Both the position numbers and the translations under genes were made by a program. Below are positions 12,583 through 24,658 of a stretch of DNA of 64,000 nt, piece by piece (positions within the stretch are counted from its first letter, which is position 1; the number at the start of each line of letters is the position of its first letter). The stretch is from Pavona decussata (lineage: Eukaryota). Below the pieces are notes generated by a model that saw only the letters and a program-made list of their open reading frames with translations, was not told the DNA's origin and ran no database searches. The DNA is taken from assembly GCA_977016875.1 (NCBI GenBank), contig CDRNST010000114.1, positions 682,001 through 746,000 on the forward strand, written 5' to 3'.

Positions 12583-15500
12583 GAACTCCAACTCAGTACT
12601 AAACAATTCCTAAATATCCAGGGGGGTATTCAAACAGCGCCTTTTGATGATTGTTTCACATATGTTCCCCCATCCTTTTCAAATTGCATTTGAAATTTTA
12701 AACATTTAAGATTTCGCTGTTGGGTTGTCTTTGAAGCTCGTCTTCCGAATTTTTTTCTTCCCGGGTTGTTTTTTGTCAACCGTATGATATAGATGAGATG
12801 GCCAATTAGGCTTTCTTTCAGAAGCAATTACTTTAATTATAAAGAAGTGCGTTAATTTATGTAATTATAAATCAACGTAACATCTTGTCTCTATTACGTG
12901 CACAACAAATATGACTACACAATGGCGTAAGCCAATAAAGTTGATTTTGCCGGGCGGGTTTAGCATGGACCAATCAGAACCCGTTTGGGGCGGGCCTTCT
13001 ATTCAGATGTAATTACTTTACTTTATAAACGAGAACATTAATGTCAACCTAACATTAGTGTCCACCTATTCTAATAATTATTGAATAGAAAGAAAATAAA
13101 TTTGCGTGCATGGTAATTAATTCGGTGCATTTTCAAGTTGACGTTTAATTGAATCGATTAATTTCTACTCCGTGACATGCGAAAATTGCAAATCGTGCTC
13201 GCAATGGTTGAGTCAGGGAACAAACTAGATCGACCACCAGTGACTCAGAAGGTATTTCTGTTTTCAGTTGTTATTTTAAAGCGATTCTCCATTTCCTTTT
13301 GTAGATAATCCCATATGCATTTAAATTCTAATTACGACAAGGTCAATACGCAATGCAAAAATTAATTTTGTTGATCCGCACCAAGACATTGAAACAGATA
13401 ATCGTTTTTGGCCCATAGCCTTACCAAACATTGTTTCGAGGCTTTTAAAGTCTTAGATTTAATTCAGGTTGATTCAAAAGAGAGTTCACTAAAGAATACT
13501 GCGAAAATAAGTAGCCTCAATAATATTTGTCTCAAAGAGGAAAAGGTCACCCTCACAAGATGTTTCGCCCTTTCTCTCTCTCTCTTTCTCTAGTGAAAGT
13601 GTGTTTGTCGGTCGGTTGAAGAGGAAGAGCGAGAAAAAAAAAGTTCACAAATTAATTGGCAAATAATTTCAAGTGAGCATTGATTATACTTTATCTCGTA
13701 ACTGTCATTTTACGACGAGCCGCTCTTACTCTGAAATGCTGTGACCGAAGGCGTCTTTTAGAGGGTCCATTTAGATGTCGGGTCACTTCAAGATGCATAC
13801 AAAGAGTAGTAGACGTGAAAATATCCAAAAAAAGGTGCAATGGAATGAGAAACAATTGTTTTCTACTTTTTGGAAAAAAGATTTTCAACTTCTAAGTCTT
13901 TAAAACATAAAAGTAAGATCTCATTTTCTTGTATTCAAAGTGACCGTTACTCTATAAACCAATTTACCTAGTTCAGTTTAATTTTCCTTATAGTAGAAAA
14001 CAAAATAAAAAATGATAGATCAAAAAACTGTAAAGCAAAATTACATTTTTGATCTGGATTACAAATGGAATTGGTAAAATGACTCACAGGCCCATTTGGC
14101 CATCCTCGCAGAAACCTCTAAAATGTTCAGGGAGGTTTGATTATCTTCGAAATTTAACATAAAAATAATTATCCTCCACTGGCCACATTAACAGAGCTAC
14201 GGAATACTTCGCTGTGGTTCAAGCGTAGTTTAACCAATTATTTCAACACGGTGCGGTGGGTTTAAATTGGATTTTTCTTAAAGAAAGGAAGTTCAGTGGA
14301 GAGTTAGCATCATAAGTGGCAGACGTATCGAGGTAACCTCAAACAGCATTCATTCCACATTTTATTCAGTGGCTTTCATGGGCTGTGAATTTCCCATCAA
14401 TCCAGTGTTGCCTACCAATATTACATGTATAACTAGATAGTTCATTGTCGTTAGGATCTCGGTTATGTTTGTGATAGGGTGGTTTGTTTTTTGCCGTCTA
14501 GCTAAAAATTGTTGTTTCTAATACAGTGGAGACTTGATTTAACGAACCTCTATATAACGAAGTCCTCGATAAAACGAACGATGTTGCTCAGCCCTGCCAA
14601 ATAAATGTATGGAGTAGAACCTCGATATAGCATAACGAACCAGTTTGCCTTGTCCCTTGGCACTTCGTTAAATCGAGGTTCCACTGATAGGTTGTTTCAT
14701 GTTTTGGCAGGTTCAGAGTTGTGTTTGCCAATTCATAGTTTCTGTTGTTCCGTTAAAAACGTAATTTTGCATTTGGGCAATTCTTTTTGTTTCAGACCAA
14801 CTTTATTTAACCCACTGGGTTATTTGGCCCCTCAGTTCGAAGTTATTTTTCTACCGAGTTGTTTATCGCTCTTGGATCAAAATATTTTTGTTATTGAGCT
14901 GTTAATTTTGCCATTGAGATATTTTTATCGCTCTCCTTTATTTTTGTATGTATTTGCAGATTTGTTTATTAATTGATTAATTAGTTTATTAATTAGTTAA
15001 TTTGTTGAAGTTTTCCTTAGGTTGTTTTTGTCATTTGCAGTTTCATGCTAATTTTACCATTCGCGGATTGTTTTTTCGTTCTCTTTTATGTACGTATTTA
15101 TTTTATCTATTTTTAATTAAATTAGCCATTTTTTCCCTTAGGGTTGGGTTGTTTCTGTTGCTCGCGCTTTGTGTAATCTTGATGTCAACCTTATTAGTAT
15201 AAATACTTCTTTTCGCGCGCTCTGATCTAGCTACTTAAACTCTATTGGTATTGATATTTTGCTCCCAGCATTTCGCTGGATTTCGCACACGACTTATTAC
15301 CCAAAGTGTCAGAAATAAACTCAGTGACTGATTGATGTTGGCTATTCACTGGTTTGGTATATACTAAAAACCAGTATTCTCCTCAATGTCATGAACAAAT
15401 GTGGTATAGATATTTACCTCGCCACTCTGTGGTTCGGAAAACATCCACAATTATCCGAACTCAAATTCAGTACTAAATAATTGCTAAATATCAAGGGGAT

Positions 15501-18500
15501 ATCCAAACAGGGCCTTTTGATGATTGTTTCTTGAATGTTCACACATGTTCCCCCATCCTTTTCAAATTGCATTTGAAATTTTTAAACATTTAAGATTTCG
15601 CTGTTGGGTTGTTTTTGAAGCTGGTCTTCCGAATTTGTTTCTACCCGGGTTGTTTCTTGTCAACCGTATGATGTAGATGAGATGGCCAATTAGGCCTTCT
15701 TTCAGAAGCAATTACTTTAATTATAAAGAAATGCGTTAATTTATGTAATTATAAATCAACGTAACATCTTGTCTCTATTACGCACAAAACAAATACGACC
15801 ACACAATGGCGTAAGCCAATAAAGTTGATTTTGCCGGGCGGATCTAGCATGGACCAATCAGAACCCGTTTAGGGCGGGCCTTCTATTCAGATGTAATTAC
15901 TTTACTTTAAAAACGAGGACATTAATGTCCACCTGACATTAGTGTTCACATATTCTAATCATTATTGAATAGAAAGAAAATAGATTTGCGTGCATGGTAA
16001 TTAATCCGGTGCATTTTCAAGTTGACGTTTAATTGAATCGATTAATATCTACTCATGACATGGGACAGTTGCGAATCGTGGTCGCAATGGTTGTGAGTCA
16101 GGGAACAAACCAGATCGATCACCAGTGACTTAGAAGGTATTTCTGTTTTCAGTTGTTATTTTAAAGCAATTCTCCATTTCCTTTTGTAGATAATCCCATA
16201 AACATTTAAATTCTAATTACGACCAGGTCAATACGCAATGCAAAAATTAATTTTGTAGATCTGCACCAAGACAGTGATTCAGAAACAGATAATCGTTTTT
16301 GGCCCATAGCCTTACCAAACATTGTTTCGAGGCTTTTAAAGTCTTAGATTTAATTCAGGTTGATTCAAAAGAGAGTGAACTAAAGAATACTGCGAAAATA
16401 AGTAGCCTCAATTTGTCTCAAAGAGGAAAAGGTCACCCTCACAAGATGTTTCGCCCTTTCTCTCTCTCTCTCTCTTTCTCTGATGAAAGTGTGTTTGTCG
16501 GTCGGTTGAAGAGGAAGAGCGAGAAAAGAAACGTTCACAAATTAATTGGCAAATAATTTCAAGTGAGCATTGATTATACTTTATCTCGTAACTGTCATTT
16601 TACGACGAGCCGCTCTTACTCTGAAATGCTGTGACCGAAGGCGTCTTTTAGAGGGTCCATTTAGATGTCGGGTCACTTCAAGATGCATACAAAGAGTAGT
16701 AGACGTGAAAATATCCAAAAAAGGTGTAATGGAATGAGAAACAATTTTTTCTACTTTTCGGAAAAAAGATTTTCAACTTCTAAGTCTTTAAAATATAAAA
16801 ATAAGATCTCATTTTCTTGTATTCAAAGTGACCGTTACTCTATAAACCAATTTACCTAGTTCAGTTTAATTTTCCTTATAGTAGAAAACAAAATAAAAAA
16901 TGATAGATCAAAAAACTGTAAAGCAAAATTACATTTTTGATCTGGATTACAAATGGAATTGGTAAAATGACTCACAGGCCCATTTGGCCATCCTCCCAGA
17001 AACCTCTAAAATGTTCAGGAAGGTTTGATTATCTTCGAAAATTAACATAAAAATAATTATCCTCCACTGGCCGCAGTAACAGAGCTACGGAATACTTCGC
17101 TGTGGTTCAAGCGTAGCTTAACCAATTATTTCAACACGGTGCGGTGGGTTTAAATTGGATTTTTCTTAAAGAAAGGAAGTTCAGTGGAGAGTTAGCATCA
17201 TAAGTGGCAGACGTATCGAGGTAATCTCAAACAGCATTAATTCCACATTTTATTCAGTGGCTTTCACGGGCTGTGAATTCCCCATCAACCATTGTTGACT
17301 ACCAATATTATAACTAGACAGTTCATTGTCGTTAGGATCTCGGTTATGTTTGTGATAGTGCAGTTTGTTTTTTGTCGTCTAGCAAAAAATTGTTGTTTCT
17401 AATACAGTGGAACCTCGATTTAACGAACCTCTATATAACGAAGTCCTCGATAAAACGAACGATGTTGCTCTGCCCAGCCAAATAAATGTGTATGGAATAG
17501 AACCTCGATATAGCATAACGAACCAGTTTGCCAAGTCCCTTGGCCCTTCGTTAAATCGAGGTTCCCGGCACTGATAGGTTGTTTCATGTTTTTGGCAGGT
17601 TCAGAGTTAAGTTTTCCAATTCATAGTTTCTGTTGTTCCGATCAAAATTTAATTTTGCATTTGGGTAATTCTTTTTGTTGCAGATCAACTTTATTTAACC
17701 CACTGGGTTATTTGACCCCTCAGTTCGAAGTTATTTTTCTACCGAATTGCTTTTCACTCTTGGATCAAAATATTTTTGTTATTGAGCTTGAGATATTTTT
17801 ATCGCTCTCCTTTATTTATGTATCTATTTGCAGATTTGTTAATTAGTTAATTAATTAATTAATTAATTAATTAATTAGTTAATTCGTTAAATTTTTCCTT
17901 AGGTTGTTTTTGTCACTGCAGCTCCATTCTATTTTTACCATTTCGTGGATTGTTTTTTCGCTCTTGGCATTTTATTGTCAAACTTATTTGTATATATTTA
18001 TACATCGCTCTCTTTTATTTACGTATTTATTTTATCTATTTTTAATTAAATTAGCCATTTTTTCCCTTAGGATTGGGTTGTTTCTGTTGCTCGCGCTTTG
18101 TGTAATCTTGTTGTCAACCTTATTAGTATAAAAACTACTTTTCGCGCGCTCTGATGAAGCTACTTAAACTCTATTAGTATTGATAGTTTGCTCCCAGCAT
18201 TTCGCTGGATTTCGCACACGACTTATTTCCCAAAGTGTCAGAAATAAACTCAGTGACTGATTGATATTGGCTATTCACTGGTTTGGTATATACTAAAAAC
18301 CAGTATTCACCTTAGCGTCATGAATGAACGTGGTAGATATTTAGATCGCCACTCTGTGGTTCGGAAAATATCCATAATTATCCGAACTCCAATTCAGTAC
18401 TAAATAATTGCTAAATATCAAGGGGTATCCAAACAGGGCCTTTTGATGATTGTTTCTTGAATGTTCACACGTTTCCTCATCCTTTTCAAATTCCATTTGG

Positions 18501-18644
18501 AATTTTAAACATTTAATATTTCGCTGTTGGGTTGTTTTTGAAGCTGGTCTTCCGAATTTGTTTCTACCCGGGTTGTTTTTTGTCAACCGTATGATGTAGA
18601 TGAGATGCCTAATTAGGCCTTCTTTCAGAAGCAATTAGTTTAAT

Positions 18645-19121
18645 TAGAGCGGTTTCCAATAGGACATTTTCACTATGGCGTCATTTGACTACAACTACTA
18701 GAATCCTTCAGTTTTTTGTTTTCTCATGCTAATTAGAGCTATTGTTCTTTGCTCTCCAGTGGGATTACAAAATTTGAATTTGAAAAGGAAAACAAAATGA
18801 ATTCGGATGGTCTTAGTCAAATGACGCCATCATGAAAATGGCCTATTGAGTGTCGTAAAACCAAAACCAAAGTAATTACTCTGGCCAATCGCAAAAGATG
18901 TAAACAACACAACGAGCCAATCAGAATTCGAAGCAAATACATGTTACTGGCACCAAGCGCGGGAAAACGCGTGCGGCCAAAACACGATTGGTTTGGGTTT
19001 GGTTTCCCATTGGTTGAGAAAGTGCAGTGGCGCGAGCTTTGTTAACCAATCACAGAGCGTAGTAATGCAAAACCAAACTAAAGGCAAAATAAATTTCGAC
19101 ACTCCATTGAAAACTGCTCTA
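18645..19121. mobile_element. Nested MITE pair in array unit 5
   Basis: Near-identical to 6296-6772 and at the same position in the unit. Confidence 0.85.
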
Positions 19122-22100
19122 TAAAGAAATGCGTTAATTCGTTTAACTATAAATTAACGTAACATCTTGTCTCTATTACGCACGCAACAAATATGACCGC
19201 ACAATGGCGTAAGCCAATAAAGTTGATTTTGGCGGGCCGGTCTAGCATGGACCAATCAGAACTCGTTTAGGGCGGGTCTTCTATTCAGATGTAATTATTT
19301 TCCTTTATAAACGAGAACATTAATGTCAACCTAACATTAGTGTCCACCTATTCTAATAATAATTGAATAGAAAGAAAATAAATTTGCGTGCATGGTAATT
19401 AATTCGGTGCATTTTCAAGTTGACGTTTAATTGAATCGATTAATTTCTACTCCGTGACATGCGACAATTGCGAATCGTGCTTGCAATGGTTGTGAGTCAG
19501 GGAACAAACTAGATCGACCACCAGTGACTCAGAAGGTATTTCTGTTTTCAGTTGTTATTTTAAAGCAATTCTCCATTTCCTTTTGTAGATAATCCCATAT
19601 GCATTTAAATTCCAAACGTCAAGGTCAATACGCAATGCAAAAATTAATTTTGTAGATCCGCACCAAGACATTGAAACAGATAATCGTTTTTGGCCCATAG
19701 CCTTACCAAACTTTTTTTTCGAGGCTTTTAAAGTCTTAGATTTAATTCAGGTTGATTCAAAAGAGAGTTAACTAAAGAATACTGCGAAAATAAGTAGCCT
19801 CAATAATATTTGTCTCAAAGAGGAAAAGGAAACCCTCACAAGATATTTCGCCCTTTCTCTCTCTCGCTCTCTCTCTTTCTTTAATGAAAGTGTGTTTGTC
19901 GGTCAATTGAAGAGGAAGACCGAGAAAAAAAACGTTCACAAATTAATTGGCAAATAATTTCAAGTGAGCATTGATTATACTTTAGCCCGAAACTATCATT
20001 TTACGACGAGCCGCTCTTACTCTGAAATGCTGTGACCGAAGGCGTCTTTTAGAGGGTCCATTTAGATGTCGGGTCACTTCAAGATGCATACAAAGAGTAG
20101 TTGACGTGAAAATATCCAAGAAAAGGTGTAGGCAATGGAATGAGAAACAATTGTTTTCTACTTTTTGGAAAAAAGATTTTCAACTTCTAAGTCTTTAAAA
20201 TATAAAAATAAGATCTCATTTTCTTGTATTCAAAGTGACCGTTACTCTATAAACCAATTTACCTAGTTCAGTTTAATTTTCCTTATAGTAGAAAACAAAA
20301 TAAAAAATGATAGATCAAAAAACTGTAAAGCAAAATTACATTTTTGATCTGGATTACAAATGGAATTGGTAAAATGACTCACAGGCCCATTTGGCCATCC
20401 TCCCAGAAACCTCTAAAATGTTCAGGAAGGTTTGATTATCTTCGAAAATTAACATAAAAATAATTATCCTCTGCTGGCCGCAGTAACAGAGCTACGGAAT
20501 ACTTCGCTGTGGTTCAAGCGTAGCTTACCCAATTATTTCAACACGGCGTGGTGGGTTTAAATTGGATTTTTCTTAAAGAAAGGAAGTTCAGTGGAGAGTT
20601 AGCATCATAAGTGGCAGACGTATCGAGGTAACCTCAAACAACATTCATTCCACATTTTATTCAGTGGCTTTCACGGGCTGTGAATTCCCCATCAATCCAG
20701 CGTTGCCTACCAATATTATAACTAGATAGTTCATTGTCGTTAGGATCTCGGTTATGTTTGTGATAGTGCGGTTTGTTTTTTGCCGTCTAGCTAAAAAATT
20801 GTTGTTTCTAATACAGTGGAGACTTGATTCAACGAACCTCTATATAACGAAGTCCTCGATAAAAAGAACGATGTTGCTCAGCCCAGCCAAATAAATGTAT
20901 GGAATAGAACCTCGATATTGCATAACGAACCAGTTTGCCAAGTCCCTTGGCCCTTTGTTAAATCAAGGTTCCCGGCACTGATAGGTTGCTTCATGTTTTT
21001 GGGAGGTTCAGAGTTAAGTTTGTTAATTCATAGTTTCTGTTGTTCCGATCAAAATTTAATTTTGCATTTGGGTAATTATTTTTGTTTCAGATCAACTTTA
21101 TTTAACCCACTGGGTTATTTGGCCCCTCAGTTTGAAGTTATTTTTCTACCGAATTGTTTATCGCTCTTGGATCAAAATATTTTTGTTATTGAGCTGTTAA
21201 TTTTGCCATTGAGATATTTTTATCGCTCTCCTTTATTTATTTATCTATTTGCAGATTTGTTTATTAATTAATTAATTGATTAATTAATTAGTTAAATAAT
21301 TAGTTAATTCGTTAAAGTTTTCCTTAGGTTGTTTTTGTCATTTGCAGTTCCATGCTAATTTTACCATTCGCGGATTGTTTTTTCGCTCTCTTTTATCTAC
21401 GTATTTATTTTATCTATTTTTAATTAAATTAGCCATTTTTTCCCTTAGGGTTGGGTTGTTTCTGTTGCTCGCGCTTTGTGTAATCTTGATGTCAACCTTA
21501 TTAGTATAAATACTTCTTTTCGCGCGCTCTGATGTAGCTGCTTAAACTCTATTGGTATTGATATTTTGCTCCCAGCATTTCGCTGGATTTCGCACACGAC
21601 TTATTTCCCAAAGTGTCAGAAATAAACTCAGTGACTGATTGATGTTGGCTATTCACTGGTTTGGTATATACCAAAGACCAGTATTTTCCTCAATGTCATG
21701 AACAAATGTGGTATAGATATTTACCTCGCCACTCTGTGGTTCGGAAAACATCCATAATTATCCGAACTCAAATTCAGTACTAAATAATTGCTAAATATCA
21801 AGGGGGTATCCAAACAGGGCCTTTTGATGATTGTTTCTTGAATGTTCACACATTTCCCCCCATCCTTTTCAAATTGCATTTGAAATTTTTAAACATTTAA
21901 GATTTCGCTGTTGGGTTGTTTTTGAAGCTGGTCTTCCGAATTTGTTTCTACCCGGGTTGTTTCTTGTCAACCGTATGATGTAGATGAGATGGCCAATTAG
22001 GCCTTCTTTCAGAAGCAATTACTTTAATTATAAAGAAATGCGTTAATTTATGTAATTATAAATCAACGTAACATCTTGTCTCTATTACGCACACAACAAA

Positions 22101-23865
22101 TACGACCACACAATGGCGTAAGCCAATAAAGTTGATTTTGCCGGGCGGATCTAGCATGGACCAATCAGAACCCATTTAGGGCGGGCCTTCTATTTAGATG
22201 TAATTACTTTACTTTAAAAACGAGGACATTAATGTCAACCTGACATTAGTGTCCACATATTCTAATAATATAGAAAGAAAATAAATTTGCGTGCATGATA
22301 ATTATTCGGTGCATTTTCAAGTTGACGTTTAATTGAATCGATTAATTTCTACTCATGACATGGGGCAGTTGCGAATCGTGGTCGGAATGGTTGTGAGTCA
22401 GGAAACAAACCAGATGGACCACCAGTGACTTAGAAGGTATTTCTGTTTTCAGTTGTTATTTTCAAGCGATTCTCCATTTCGTTTTGTAGATAATCCCATA
22501 TTCATTTAAATTCCAAACGTCAAGTTCAATACGCAATGCAAAAATTAATTTTGTAGATCCGCACCAAGACAGTAAAACAGATAATCGTTTTAGGCCCATA
22601 GCCTTACCAAACATTGTTTCGAGGCTTTTAAAGTCTTAGATTTAATTCAGGTTGATTCAAAAGAGAGTTAACTCAAGAATACTGCGAAAATAAGTGGCCT
22701 CAATTTGTCTCAAAGAGGAAAAGGTCACCCTCACAAGATGTTTCGCCCTTTCTCTCTCTCTCTTTCTCTAATGAAAGTGTGTTTGTCGGTCGGTTGAAGA
22801 GGAAGACCGAGAAAAAAAACGTTCACAAATTAATTGGCAAATAATTTCAAGTGAGCATTGATTATACTTTATCTCGTAACTGTCATTTTACGACGAGCCG
22901 CTCTTACTCTGAAATGCTGTGACCGAAGGCGTCTTTTAGAGGGTCCATTTAGATGTCGGGTCACTTCAAGATGCATACAAAGAGTAGTAGACTTGAAACT
23001 ATCCAAGAAAAGGTGTAGGCAGTGGAATGAGAAACAATTTTTTCTCTTTTTGGAAAAAAATTGGGTCTGTCAAACGATGGGAACTAAAGCTTGCATAGGG
23101 TAGCTACAACGGTACCGTATTTCGTTAATAAAAAGTTATTAGACTCTGGTAGAACAAACGTCTTGGTTTAATAAACCACTAGTAAACAGAATTCCCTAAT
23201 TTTGTTTTAATCGTGCAATGTCGAGCTTAAATTGAAAACGGCCAAAGACAAAAGCGAGCGAAAGAATTGAGAAAGTGGCAAAAACACCTACTCCATGCCA
23301 AGAAGAACGAAATTTTGTCCTATCTACACCTGACTCTGTCTTTTTGAAATCAGTAATTGAATCTTAAGAAAAATCAGTACCTAGAACTCAACTTCAAGTT
23401 TGGCTTGGTTCCTTGCAAGGATAACCGGCCATTTTGTATGGAAATCGAATGGGGTTATAAAACAAATAATACCTTTCTCTTCCATGGAAATCTCACACAA
23501 GTTGGGTCGTGGCCAGCATAAATTTAGGTAGTATTAAGCAATGTTGTTCAGGTCGTTTGTTCTTGGCCGACATCTAAAAATAGTGGTTGTTTTGTAGCCA
23601 TAGACGGTTTGTTTTAATCTAATGCTTCCTCCCCTCTCATTGGTTGTTTCTTGGTCACGTGGTAGTAATCTATATTAATTTGTATCGATCCCATCAGAGT
23701 TTGTTGTGAATCAGATCAATGGACAAAAATAAAGGCTTTCTCTATAGCATGACAGAAATAAGTATTAAAACATGAAGAAACTTCTTCGTAATGTTTAAAC
23801 TGAGCTTTTAATTAATTAATTTAATTTAATTGTTTATAACACGTTTCACTGCACGAAAAAACGCC

Positions 23866-24211
23866 TTTGCGCAACATCAAATGTGTGGTCAAAGACATGT
23901 CAAAGGCCACCTTTGATTCGAATCACAGGTGACAAAGGCCGCATTTGATTCACGCGCGTCAAAGGTGGAGTCAAATTTGATTCGAATCAAAGATATTTGT
24001 AAAGATATCACATATCGTCTGCATCACCTATTTGATTTCAATTTGACGCGCGTCAAAGGTACGGTCAAAGTTGTTAATACATTTGAACTCACTTTTGATT
24101 CGAGTCAAAGGTATATGCAAAGGCGTCACATATTTGACGTATTTTTGATGCGCATCAAATCTGTTGTCAAAAATGTTATTATATTTGACCTCATCTTTGA
24201 TACGAATCAAA
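23866..24211. repeat. Array of spaced palindromes TTTGA-N6-TCAAA
   Basis: Copies at 23912 (imperfect), 23976, 24042, 24094, 24144 and 24196. Confidence 0.75.
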
Positions 24212-24658
24212 AAAAGAGCAAATCCAATTTTTCGTGCAGTGTTTATATCCATAAATCGCGAGGAGAACCGGGCAAACGGAAGAACGACTAAACAAACCAG
24301 AAACGAAACTTACTTAAATGACGACATATTTTACAATTATTCCATAAGCGCAGTTTGCATATGAGGTGATAGATAACCAACGAAGCTATCCAACAAGCGT
24401 CAGTGAAGTAATTGTTTTATTAAAAACCATATTAAAATATTGCTAGATCTTGCTGATTTCGCTTTTCTAGAACAACCAGAAGACAATTTAATGGACACTT
24501 TTTCTCGGGCATGGTATAATAGCTCATATACCCTGGCCGCTAAGCCAATCAAATCCCTGGAATTGCATTATACAACGATCCATCACTTCCATCAGTATTT
24601 AACTGATGGCACTTATTCCAAAAATACTTGTCCACTCCTGTTTGATTCTCTTTCAGGG

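Larger units (their letters stand above)
4425..23060. repeat. Tandem array of six ~2.9-3.4-kb units without long ORFs
   Basis: Units start at 4425, 7611, 10500, 13877, 16765 and 20172 (anchor AAAGATTTT...AAAATAAGATCTCATT). Lengths are about 3186, 2889, 3377, 2888, 3407 and 2889. The last unit ends in register at ~23060. Confidence 0.97.

Noticed and set aside
5241-21271. Recurrent short ORFs in array units (MFLAGSELSLP..., MLLKEG..., MAHSLTK..., MSGHFK...)
   Set aside because: Frames are broken by stops and indels between units, several start at non-ATG codons or inside MITEs, and no domain is recognisable. Recurrence reflects DNA duplication.
4425-23060. Array as an rDNA, 5S, histone, snRNA, tRNA or CRISPR cluster
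   Set aside because: No such gene recognised. GGCCCTTTTGGCC (U2-like) and ATATACTAAAA (U6-like) are short chance matches, and there are no unique spacers.
23929-24291. 120-aa ORF
   Set aside because: Translation of the palindrome array, with a GTG start.
24440-24656. N-terminal extension of the SLC16 ORF
   Set aside because: TTG start in repeat-like DNA upstream of a good splice acceptor at 24656.
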